A stretch of 63,527 nucleotides of DNA, the filler included, from Rhabdomonas costata (lineage: Eukaryota), in NCBI GenBank assembly GCA_019059605.1. It is 31 parts of 31 records of this genome, joined end to end, with 100 filler letters (N's around TTAATTAATTAA, not from the genome) between each part and the next. Parts side by side here need not be neighbours in the genome. Positions count along the whole stretch, not along the records: positions 10,268 to 12,221 come from JAHMHO010007029.1; positions 12,322 to 14,275 come from JAHMHO010007030.1; positions 14,376 to 16,327 come from JAHMHO010007031.1; positions 16,428 to 18,381 come from JAHMHO010007032.1; positions 18,482 to 20,435 come from JAHMHO010007033.1; positions 20,536 to 22,489 come from JAHMHO010007034.1; 25 more parts are not named here. One strand, written 5' to 3'. The notes beneath the pieces are model-generated. The model was not told the origin of the DNA, ran no database searches, and worked only from the letters and a program-made list of their open reading frames with translations. The position numbers and the translations under genes are program-made. Below are positions 10,717-22,021 of this stretch, piece after piece; positions within the stretch are counted from its first letter, which is position 1, and every line of letters starts with the position of its first letter.

Positions 10717-11361
10717 TGTGACCAACCAAATGTGTTTTTGTTCACCGAAAGGGGGAAGGTCAAAAATATAGGGAAGGCCTAAAGTCAGGATCGAAAGTGA
10801 GCAACACAGGAAAAGCTATCTCAGGTGACACAGTAGCACTGCAATTTGCCCAATTCCTTGGGATGCAACCCATGAATGTTCACGCTGCCAGTGTTGTACT
10901 AAAAGCTTAGCGAAATGGCCATTGGCGTTAGTGTGCGATGCTCGAGGGTGTTTGAAGCGGGAAAGGAGCCAGTGACGGCATCAGGATGTAAGATGGACCA
11001 AAGGCAGTTTGAGAGGTCTTGCTTCGTGAAGAAAGGGGGTAAGGTGATGCAGGAAGAGTAAAAAAGATCATCTAGACATGAGATGCTGGATTCAATCGCA
11101 TCTATGGTGTCCTGAGCTCATCCAGGCCTTCTTAAATAATTCTGAAAACATCCTCGCTCATCCCGTCTTTTTCTGCGGTCATTTCTTTTGAACTCATCTT
11201 TGCGTCTGCGGGGGCGGAGTAATCCGCAGGATGATGGACCCTTGTTGACTCAAATCCACAGTTCCTCACGACAAGGAAAAGCCAAAGCCCTAAAATGACA
11301 GTCCATCAACTATCAAGAGGGATGGTGTTTCACAGGGCGCCCCAGATGTGCTGGGATTGTC

Positions 11362-11608
11362 TCAGCGGTCAGCGGCTTGGCTCTTCAGTTGAGAAGCCAA
11401 AGAGGATGCCGCCGCAGCACCAGAAGCCTCAAAGTGCGCACGCTCTTGGCGATACTGAGCGAGTGCAAAATTGAAAACGGCGACGAACAGTACAGCGCAG
11501 AACATCACCAAAATAATAATCCCGCGCTGATTTTGGAGACTCGCAGTCACCCATGGAGACTGAACCCCAGACACGGTGCCCCATAGGTAAGGCTCTTCCG
11601 GACTAGTG
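11362..11608 (-). CDS. Terminal exon of a single-pass membrane protein
   Basis: Open frame with hydrophobic helix IIILVMFCAVLFVAVFNFALA ending at TGA; 5' boundary approximate. Confidence 0.45.
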
Positions 11609-11800
11609 CTGTGGAACCCTACACCAGAGGAAACGCAAAGAACTGGAATGCACACAGAAAAAAGATAGTGCGATGCAGCACATAACCGCCAGAAGCCAAT
11701 GCGTAGCAAGTGGTCGGGCAATATGGGGGGGGCTGCTGGGTAGTGCTACAAAAATAGCATACCACTCCACTGACTTCCGGTGCACAACAATTGATTTCAC

Positions 11801-12022
11801 TTGTAATAAGGGGGGTACCCAGGGGGAAGAGTCGCGGGCTCAACTCCGACACTCTCCATATCACCTCGACTTGGCAATGTCCGAGTGGGCTCCCTGGATT
11901 CGAATCCCACCCCGGACATTCCCAAGTCGAGGCGATATGGGGAATGCCGGAGTTGAACCCGCGACTCTTGGCACGGGTGCCACATACTTACCCCCCCCCC
12001 CCTGGGTGCCCCGTTATTACAA
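11801..12022. mobile_element. Fold-back/MITE-like palindromic element containing tRNA 3'-end-like segments
   Basis: Outer inverted repeat TTGTAATAA..GGGGTACCCAGGGGG / CCCCCTGGGTGCCCCGTTATTACAA; inner arms 11827-11889 and 11906-11969 differ by 7 substitutions and 1 indel. Confidence 0.7.
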
Positions 12023-12321
12023 TCTTGTATCATCAAGTCACTTAACAAAATGATGCAACGCTATTACTTTGGCGCAAAGTGTAGGGTGTTTCAACCAAAG
12101 GGGCACGAAGCTGTAGCGACCAATAGCGACACCACCATTTTGGAAGCAAAAAAGTAACGTCAGCTATAACTTATACCAATTCACCAGCCTTGGGTCATCG
12201 TCGAATCGACAACCACAAACCNNNNNNNNNNNNNNNNNNNNNNNNNNNNNNNNNNNNNNNNNNNNTTAATTAATTAANNNNNNNNNNNNNNNNNNNNNNN
12301 NNNNNNNNNNNNNNNNNNNNN

Positions 12322-13710
12322 GTGTTGCTGTGTCTCGGTGTGGTGTCATTGGTTGTGTTGCTCGTAAATATGCGGGGCCATAGTCTAAATGCGGTGTTGA
12401 TGTTCATTTGTGTTGGATTGCTGTGTGAAGTGGCCAATCAACGGTTGCTGGTGTGGTTGCGTTGTATCTGTAGTGCTACAGGTGTGGGTTCGTTACTGTT
12501 GCGATTGTGCTTGGCTAATGCTTTGTTTCCGTGTACGGTGCTGTTTTGGGTGGAAGTATGTGCTGGGTATTCATGGGTCTGTGTGATCAGGTTCTGTGGT
12601 GCTGCATTCATTGTGCTCTCTTGGTTGTGCTTGGTTAGTGGTTTGTGGGTTTGGCATTCGCTCTCTCGTCATGTCCTTTGGGTTTGTGTGGTGGGTGTTT
12701 TGGTTCTGGTATTGGTCTATGTTACGCTGGTGTGCTTAGTTGTGGTATCCATGATGTGTCTGCTGTGGGTTCTCTGTGTGATATCGAAGTTCTATACTAT
12801 CCGGATTTGCACTTTTAATTATGTTTTTATGGGTTGATATCGGGTTGTGTTGGTGACCTCATTTTACGTGTTCTTCTTCTTCTATGGGTTAGGGTTAGGG
12901 TTGTGGTTATATTGTAGCTGTATGGTTAGGAGTTGGAGTAGGAGTAGGAGTAGGAGTCCGCATCTGTAGCAACCATGCCGTATCTGTCAACCTTGCCGTC
13001 TCTGTGTCATTGATTCCTTAGCTTTGGGTGTCTGGTTCTGGTTGTAGCGTTGGGTGTGTGATTACTGTTTGTCTGTCTCACGTTTGTGGTGTTGGTGATA
13101 GTGGTGTTGTGCGTTGTGTCGGTGATTGTGGCTGTATTTGGTCTGCGGTTGTGTGTCGAAGCATGGTGTCAGGTTTTCATGGAGTCAGATGGTGTGTGTG
13201 TTGGGATAATCGGGTTCTGTGTGGATGGTCTGAGGCTGTGCTGTGCTTGTAGTGGAGTGATGCTGTGCTTGTCTGTGCTTGTTCTTTTGTTGTTAGTCAT
13301 GGTGTCATATTGTGTGTTGGGTTGGAGGGTTGATGCATGGTGTGTTCTTGTCATGGTTACGTGCTGTGTCTGTAGTGCTGTGTTTTTAGTAGGCTGTAAG
13401 GATGTGTTGGTGGTGTTGGCATGGTAGGAGTGTTGGTGGTTGGATGCGAATGGTGTATTTGTGCTGGGTTAGTGCATGCTGTGTGTTAGTGCTTGTAGTG
13501 TGGTGTCATGGCGTAGAGTTGTTGGTGTGTTGAGAGTTGATGCGAAGCAGTGGCTAGTGATGTGGTTGTCAGTGATGTCCTTGTAGTGCGTAGGATGTGC
13601 GGTAGTTGGTGTATTTAGGGCTTTGTGTTGAGTAGTTGGTGTGAGGTTTGCTGTGATGGTGGTGAGTTAGGGAGTAGTGGTAGGAGTATCAGCATGACTG
13701 TAGTGGTATG
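12322..13710. other. G/T-skewed low-complexity sequence, probably amplification-primer concatemer
   Basis: Strong G+T strand bias made of short G/T runs like those at contig ends; ORFs are V/C/L/W artefacts. Confidence 0.6.
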
Positions 13711-14631
13711 AGAGCAAGACTCTAACATGACTCTCTACCTTCCACTCTACTACGGATGGCTCGATTACTCACCCATCATTCGTACCTTTTATGCACTGAA
13801 CCCTAAATGTAAGCGTAAGTGTAAGCGTAATGGAGTATTTTTCGCGTGGATTTGCCAATGACAGAACGAGTGGAAGCACTTTACTGTTGTGAAACGAGAG
13901 GAGTGGCAAGTGGGATTCATGCAGTTGTATGAGTGAGTGGGTTTAGAGAGAGTACCGTGGAGCGAACGAAGATGCTGCTGCTGCTAGGTCGTCACATTCA
14001 CATCACTACGTAGCTGTTTCTTATCTTCGTGGAAGGCAACGCATGCAAGATACCCTGATGTCACTCACCTCTGGATACACAGTGTTTGCACTTTCTCTTG
14101 GGCGTATGGTTTTTGGTTTCGGAGTTTGGGTTTGGGGTTCCGGTTTCTGGATTCTGCCTTCGGGGTTTGGTGTTCGGGCTTTGGTCTTCAGGTCTTTGCT
14201 TCTTGGGTTCTGTGGTCAGGAGTAGTGGTTTGGTATCGCGTGTACGGATTCGGCCTTTCGGTGTGACACACACAANNNNNNNNNNNNNNNNNNNNNNNNN
14301 NNNNNNNNNNNNNNNNNNNTTAATTAATTAANNNNNNNNNNNNNNNNNNNNNNNNNNNNNNNNNNNNNNNNNNNNGAGGGGACGGGGAGGTACCAGAGGA
14401 GAAGGCGGAGAGATGAGGCTGTGTGCAAAGGTACCGAGATTCAAGACAGGTGGTTGAGGGACAGGGAACGGGGGGAGAGGATGGAACTGAAAAGTGAGGA
14501 CCAGGCGTCAGGCCATCAGGCCGGCCGAAAAAAACATCAATGACAACATCTAACAACGGAATCCACATGGACTGAATCAAACATCCGATGTCGCCGTAAG
14601 GCGGGGAAGGGGAAGGGGGCCGGCCACGCAC

Positions 14632-14834
14632 CACTGCCCAACAAAGCGTTCCGCTCCATATTTAGCATGCGCCTGCATGACTCGGGCGAAGTTCATCTCC
14701 CGCTGCGCAGGAGTCTGCACAGGCGGCTTGGTGAGCCTCTGCACGGCTCTGCTGCGCATCCTCCAGAACATGGCGAAGCCAAGCTCCAGGCTGGCGTAGG
14801 CCCCGGCCACCATGGTCATCGTGGTGAGAGGCAT
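14632..14834 (-). CDS. First exon of a hypothetical protein with an N-terminal hydrophobic helix
   Basis: ATG at 14834, GC3-rich frame ...LELGFAMFWRMR...ERFVGQW, GTGCGT donor. Confidence 0.5.
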
Positions 14835-16427
14835 TTCTCGACCTTGGACCGGGGATTCACAACGCTCTCAGACACTGGGGTAATGGTGAAGCTCGATTCC
14901 AAAAAAGCATGCCACCGGTTAAATGAAGGATTCGCAAATCAAATCATAAGAGTCAAGCGAACTCTATATTGAGAATAACGCATTGCATAGATCCTAGGAC
15001 AATGACGATCATCAAAACCTGCCAAACAGCCCCGTTCCCGTGCAGGGTCCGACCGAATTTTCCGGTTTTGGGTGCATTTAACGTTGGGTAAGCTGATATC
15101 AAATAACAAAATAGCAAAAAATAGCAAATAGCCTGCCCCCCCCCCCGCAGGAGGGGCAGTTTTTTTCGGTGAACTTTTTCGACCGGCGGCACTCCTCTTT
15201 CAGAAAAAAAGTAAACAACTGAACTCCACACTCTATATAACGCTGTTCAAGCGTCTCCGCTATATCGCTGTCCCTGCCCACACAGGACGAAAGCCGCTGG
15301 GCGCTTCCGGGGGGTCTCCCTTTGGCGACCAGCCAGCAGCTACCTCCCTACAAGGGGCTGGACAGTCCTTTCGATGAAAAAAGCGCTCCACACACAGAAC
15401 TGACAGAGAACGACGAAGAGAAGCTAGGGATCTGAGTTAAGAGATTGAGTACAAGGAAAACGAAAAGGTCGGAAAATAAGCGCGGATCCCACCGTAACCG
15501 TAGCCTCTGTACCCAGAACGGAAATTCTAATGCCGGCCAATCTTGAGCCCCACTGTTCGCCGTTACCCATTTCTCTGTTCGCTGTCTTTGCACCGCCCTA
15601 TTTCATTCGCTTCTTGTTGTGATGCACCACACTCCGAGTCAGAGACAGCGTTGCACTACGACCGCATACTAATAGTGTATTACCAGCCGAGTAAAATGCT
15701 CGCCCAAGAATTGAGAGACTGGTCACTCTGTGCTTATGCTCTTCTATCTTCCGGGCCCGCTGTAACCTCAGAAAGAGATGAAAACAGATGAACTTTCCCA
15801 AGCCGTTGGCTTCCAGTACATTGGGAAGGAAGTGGCGTGAACTCACCGCGAGAAGAGGAAACCCGCAACGCGAAAGGAGGCCTCTCCGAACGAAGAAGGG
15901 TGCGGGGGCAATGCAGGAGGCTGCTGCCCGGGCTGACTTAGTGCGCACTCCGGAGGGGGGACACACCCACTTGGAGCACGCTCGTATAACTCACCGACCT
16001 CTGGGTCGCAGTGTGACCGAACACGGACCCCACGAGGTCGGAGTTAGGGGGCAGAAAGAAAGCGGACACCAGCAGCCGCCGTGCGGCGGCGGTTCACACA
16101 CACACACACACACACTTACACACACAGAGAGACACGCACATAATGTACCACACAAAAAAAGGAAGGATGGCAAGGAAGGATTCTCGAGTTGCCATCCTAA
16201 CAAAGACGTCACACAGTATGAAACATTCTCTAAGACTGCTTTCCAAAGATCAGGGCTTGGGGATGGGCGGGAGGGCTGAAGGGCCGGTGCTGTCCTCAAG
16301 CCGTGAGGCCGGGCGACACAACAAAAANNNNNNNNNNNNNNNNNNNNNNNNNNNNNNNNNNNNNNNNNNNNTTAATTAATTAANNNNNNNNNNNNNNNNN
16401 NNNNNNNNNNNNNNNNNNNNNNNNNNN

Positions 16428-18186
16428 GTGTTGGGGGGTACCTTGCGGGCGCAGACCCGCAGCTTGCAGCTGGCCAGCGCGAAGCAGTTCGCGGACAATA
16501 TGCTGGCCAGCGAGGTCGCGGGGCGGGTTGCGGTGTGTGGGCTCAATCCTTGACCCACCCATCCTCCCCTTTCGGCGTGCCTGTATCAGATGTCCCTCCC
16601 CCGGGGGGTGCGTCTGATACACGAGAAACCGCACAAACGGGGTGTCAACAGTACCAGCGGCACATAGCAGAGGGTTGAATGCACGCAGGACGGACAGGAT
16701 CGAACGATTTTGGCATCAGCAATGGCTGCAACAATACCTTCCCCTGTTTGCATGTGCATTGCCTGAATGAGGTTACGCCATGAGAAAAATGCCCTCTCTC
16801 TTCCTTACGCTTTTCTGTGCCCTGCTTAGCCTGAACCTTGTACAACGGGGCTTCAAACGCCATCCTTAGCACGGCCTAAGCATTAGACCGTCCAGCTTTT
16901 GATTTTCTGGCGCCCGTTGCGCGGTTAACTTTGCAACTGATGTTGCCGGCGCTGTTGTTTGCGCACTTTTGGCCACGTCGTGAGCGGCTGAGCGTGTGTG
17001 CGTGTGCGTGTGTGGGGGGGGCTATCTCCTTGTGCTCTTTTGCGGTCTACGTCCCCTCTCGGGCGCCTCACTGGCTTCAAACTCAGGTCATGGACTTGGA
17101 CGACCTTGACGAGTTGCTGGCCCACGAGCAGAGCCCTCTCTTTCGAGTTCTCGGGGTATGCCAGCATTGTGGGGGGCGGTGATTGGATTGTACCTCAATC
17201 AATACCAGCAGAGTGGTTGTATACGCCTTATTCTGTGAGGTAATTGGTCAGGGGGTGTCTTTGGATGAGTGCAGGTGGATGATGTCCCTTGAAATGGGGT
17301 GAGGGAGAGGGGCGTTAACCCTGTAATGACGTAATGGCGTAATAACAACAGCTGGCTGAAGACATCATGCTCCTTATGCTTGCCTGACCTGAACAAAGGG
17401 AAAACTCGCGTTGTACTTTGTCTGCCCAGACCCCCTCCCCCTTCAAATTTAGCTGTCTACACCGTAAATCGAGAGTTTACAACCTTGCGTATTCACCAAG
17501 AGACAACATATGCTACCCAAACCCCAGCGGCATAAAAACACGCCAAAAAGACTTCAGTTCGAAACGTTGCGGTTGCGGACTAAGTTCTCAATTTTGGGGT
17601 GTGACTAGGCTTATAATGAATTGGCGTGGGCCATTGTGAGGACCTTTCTTCTCAGCAGCGATGCTTGCGTCCCTGGATCTCAATTGATTTGTTGGGATTA
17701 GCTGGCGGTGTACTTGTTCCTTGGGTTTTTTTCCAGGATGTCTTGGGCTGCGGAGCACAATTGGACCGTGCACCGTGCACAAACTGCAGACCCATCTCAA
17801 CATTGATATACCCAGGGATGGGTGGGAGAATTTGGTCGGGCACACCGTCTTCGTCAATTGGTGACCGAAGGTGCCGCAGGCATTTGTCAGTAAGTCAGCC
17901 TATGAAGGGTGAGGTCCCTTTTCCGCTCGCAGTCCATTGTGGAGCACCTTCGGCTGTACATCCCCCACATCCCTGCGGCCGTGCTGGCGCTGGTAAGGGG
18001 CGACGAGCAGCCCGACGACAGCGAGGAGGAGGAAGAGAAGGACGCGGGACGAAGGAGCCCTGCCGAACGCCAGCAGGGACATCCCATCCGAAAGGAAGTG
18101 TCCCTGCCGCAGTGCGAGGGCTCGAGGGACGGAACGCCCTCCGAGGATCCCATGACGGTGGTGGACCTCACCGAAGAGCGCCGGAG
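16428..18186 (+). CDS. Exons of a probable receptor-type class III nucleotide cyclase (HAMP-like/linker region); catalytic domain not visible
   Basis: Exons at about 16428-16532, 17088-17155 (VMDLDDL) and 17933-18186 (SIVEHLRLYIPHIPAAVL followed by an acidic linker) resemble the juxtamembrane region of excavate adenylate/guanylate cyclases; family call is from recollection. Confidence 0.4.
16629..16723 (-). repeat. Dispersed intronic repeat family A, copy 2
   Basis: Reverse complement aligns with 2731-2816. Confidence 0.85.
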
Positions 18187-20873
18187 GTGCCTCCCTGCCT
18201 CCTGCCTGTCGTTTGAAATGAAGTTGAAGTTGCTTCGCTGCGACTGGTCATCTTTCTCACGACAGGGGAGTTGCTTGTGGTGCTGTGTGCGTAACAGTGG
18301 AAGCCCGTGCGCATCTGCGGAGCGCTGCTCGGTGGATCCAGAAACGGTGCCCCGGGTTTCCGCTGTTACGCACACAAACCCNNNNNNNNNNNNNNNNNNN
18401 NNNNNNNNNNNNNNNNNNNNNNNNNTTAATTAATTAANNNNNNNNNNNNNNNNNNNNNNNNNNNNNNNNNNNNNNNNNNNNGTGTTGTGTTAATGTAGAT
18501 TTTCCTACTTATAGTTCTCTGATGACCACATGCACAACCTGCTTGCGCAGGATGCGTCCACACACCGTATAACCGACAGAGTGCTTCATGGAAGTTTGCT
18601 CGTGTGGAATTTCATTCGATTTCTCCACTAACCTTAACACCTGTTAGTAGATGACATTTGCTTTGCACAAGTGCATTCAAGAAAAAGAGTTGCTCAGATG
18701 CCATGTTGCACTTTCTCCATTTCACTTTGGTTTATAAATCTGTTAGTTTATTCGGTTTCTTTCATTTTGTTTCCAAAGTGCTACCAACTCCAGAAAAGAA
18801 AATGCAGTACCCGATTAGACAGCCACCTACTCACTACCACACACACTAACATCAGATAGCGCTTTATGGAACCACCGAAAAACTTGTTTAATCAGTTTTC
18901 CTGCTCTCTTTTGGTACTTTTGTTGCCATTCTGTTTGATCTGATCTAGCAAAACAGCAGATCATAACAGCTGACGGTAAGAAACGGCTCATTTTGTACCT
19001 CACTTTCTGCACAGTTGTTTAATATTTGTCACGCGTTCGCCTAATTTTCATCCAAGTAAATTTTATCAAAGTCCATATTCGACAACGCAAAAGTTTATAA
19101 TATCCTACACTTGAAATGCAGTTTATCAATATCAATGAAGTTAATGCCAGAGAAAATCTGGAGTTTCCTAAGCTTATGATGGCAATATCTCCATCTCAGA
19201 CAACAAGTGCATCCCCGAGGCAGAAAATTCACCAAGAATCTTGCATTTGACCAAAATGACCCTATGGGACGTACATCTGCCTAATTTAGTTATTTTACTT
19301 CAGAGCATTTAACAGATTTTCATATTCTTACTTTGTATTGTAGTACTCTTACGCGTTGATAGCAGAACATTTAACAGAACATTTGGATCCAGTTTGTCGA
19401 GATTCTTCTGGAGCGCTTTCTAAGGTCTATGACCGAATCTGAAGCTTGCGTTTTGCAGATGGGCTTTCGGTCAGTAACGCACACTTATGCGATTCTTCTG
19501 ATCAGCAACATGTGCTGTTTAATGGTAACTGTCAGCGGCTAAAAGATCTTCGTATGGATGAAATAAAAACACTACTGAGGTAATTATGTAATTATGTGCC
19601 AGAGGTGTCGAATGTTTTGTCTGAATGTGTTGTTCAGTTAATGGTGAAAAACAAGCAATAATTTAGTGATACTTGATGTTGCGCTTACGGCTGTACCAGC
19701 TTGGAAAATGTCAAACCGGCGGTCTTGAGGTAAGCACACATGATGATCTTGCCTTGATTGCAGATTGTTTTGTTCTGTCACAAAAATATGCGAAAATAAT
19801 TCTCGTCAGATGCGGTTCCTATTGGTGGCCTTGCTGGTTAATTTATCAACTTGTGGGACGGTGGGTTGCTTCTCCGTAGAATATCCTGTTTGCCTGATGG
19901 TGGCGTAGTGGTATCAATTGCTTGTTTGCTGCAAATATCCGGTGTGCGTGCTGAAAATACTCTTGCCCTGATATTAGTGCATCTCTCGTGTTGGGGTTCT
20001 CCACACTGAAAAAATGCGCGGTCGCCTTTTCATCGGGTTGAGGACGCTCGTGTTGAAAACAAACGTCTGGAGTAATTTTAACCTCGATCTTAATGAGGTT
20101 TACTGGCGTTCCGTCATACGCCGTCGCAATTCAAACGAGACGTGCTGGCCCAATATGGTTACTGACGCTATGTTTCAACAAAAAACTGGGGTTCACTTGG
20201 CAGACCGTCCGAATATGTCTTGGGGCGAAGGCACGCGGTGGTGGTGGGCCGGCCGTCTTTGGAAGTCAACTCTCCAGCATCCTGTGGCAAACGGAAAGCC
20301 CAAAAAAGAGCGTAAAAATGATGAAAACTAACCGCCCTACCATTAACTTTTAACGACATCGAAATCCAATACAATAATTGGTGCGGCTTGGCTTTTGGGC
20401 CAAATTAAAAACCCTTCCGCCATTACGACCGACCGNNNNNNNNNNNNNNNNNNNNNNNNNNNNNNNNNNNNNNNNNNNNTTAATTAATTAANNNNNNNNN
20501 NNNNNNNNNNNNNNNNNNNNNNNNNNNNNNNNNNNGTTTGTTGTTAGAAGGTATTGCGAGAGAACAGACGGAAAGTGACCGCATGGAGCCCTGACCTTCC
20601 GTGCTGCCCGCAGGTGCCGTCGCATAGCTGCATTGCTACGAGTTGCTGATGCTCATTCACCACAAACTCAATGATTCCAATGACTGAATGTTTTCATATC
20701 TGCCCGTGGACTCGGTAGCCTTGTCTGTGTTTGATTGGGCGCTCAGCAAAATAATCGTTGTCTGCTCGGAGGAGATAAATGTGCAGCTAATACTGCCAGA
20801 AACAAACAGCTTTTACTTACCTGTGTGACTGCGCGCTGCGATGGGATGGCCGAGGGTTCTTTTCTGAACACAG

Positions 20874-22021
20874 CTCTGGGTGGCCAGTCGGCCTGCAGAC
20901 TGGTCCGTGTGCCCCTTGGGGCCATGCCCGACCTGGTGGTAAGCCCAAGCTGCGCCCAGCCTATACTGGACAGCAGCAAGCCCTCGGCGGAAATGGTCCT
21001 GCTGGGCCTCAGCACAGGCGCCGTCTCCCTGTATGACTTCAGCCGGAGGGTGGCTCCAACCGACGCGGAGGATGGGTCGATGAGTCTGCGGTGTGGTGTT
21101 GGGGGTTTTCCAGGGTTGTTTTTATTGTTTACTTTACCTAGCTAGTGCGTCAAGCAGGGCGTTTTCCTTCGAGCTTCAAGCGTCGAGCTTCTGGGGCTGA
21201 TACATATATCTCGACCTGAATTTTTGGCCCAGCGAGGGGCATCCGAACTCCCTTCAATTATTGCCTCGCCCCCCTGCCAGTGCTTTTCTGATCCTTGCGG
21301 CGGAGGCACCGGTGGTGTTTCTGGGACTAGTGTCTTTTCATGTCTTTTCGATGAGCAAGTCTCACCATTTTGTCGAGTTCACATTTCGTGGAATTTGCTT
21401 GTTACCATGCTGGGGGATGCATGGAGACCCTGTTTATTGTGCAGTATAGGCCATAACTTCACCAACGAGACATGTGCTTTGTAGCTCCTGTTAGCACAGC
21501 AAAATAATGAGGGATGCGCTGATAAAGATGCGCTCAGGAGCCCGTTGTTGCACAGCACTTAGCATGGCAAAAGAAATAGCCGTGCCATCTGCACCACGCG
21601 GCATTGAGTATCACCCCTCCTCCCGCAAGAGTGAAGGGGCGATCGTGCAGCTCTCTGAGGGGTATTCATCGAGCGCGAACTCAGTCATCAGCGCAAGTGC
21701 CTTCCAGCGCATTCACAGAGCCCTCTCTTTCGGGGGTTTCCGCAACACTTTATCCATGAAAATATCTGCCATTTCCCTAGTCGATCCATTGAAAGATACT
21801 CTGAACTTTTTGGGGGTTGCGCTCTACCTCCTTTGTCGTTTTTAGTGTGGCTTCTCCTGTGTACACCGCTTCGGAAAATAGGTCATCGGTTTGGTTTTAT
21901 TCGGGTGGGGTTTTATAGGCAGTTATCCACGTGGGCTCCTCACCGGCAGTGGGTGAGCCGAATCCAGCACTGGCCATCCCGGGACCTCCTGCTGTGTGCC
22001 TCTGCAGACAGCGTCATTGAG
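20874..22021 (+). CDS. WD40-repeat protein fragment (exons about 20874-21049 and 21923-22021)
   Basis: VLLGLSTGAVSLYDF and HRQWVSRIQHW...LLLCASADSVIE are WD40-like strands; AG/GT boundaries are in phase. Confidence 0.65.

Noticed and set aside
11930..12012. Possible tRNA gene on the minus strand ending ...GGTTCAACTCCGGCATTCCCCA
   Set aside because: Only the T-arm and acceptor 3' part look right; no proper D-arm or 7-nt anticodon loop. Treated as part of the fold-back element
12322..13427. Hydrophobic V/L/C-rich ORFs resembling membrane or pre-edited mitochondrial genes
   Set aside because: Explained by G/T skew from probable primer concatemers; no recognisable motifs
18482..20435. AT-richer contig with short ORFs
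   Set aside because: No supported exon, RNA gene or repeat found by eye
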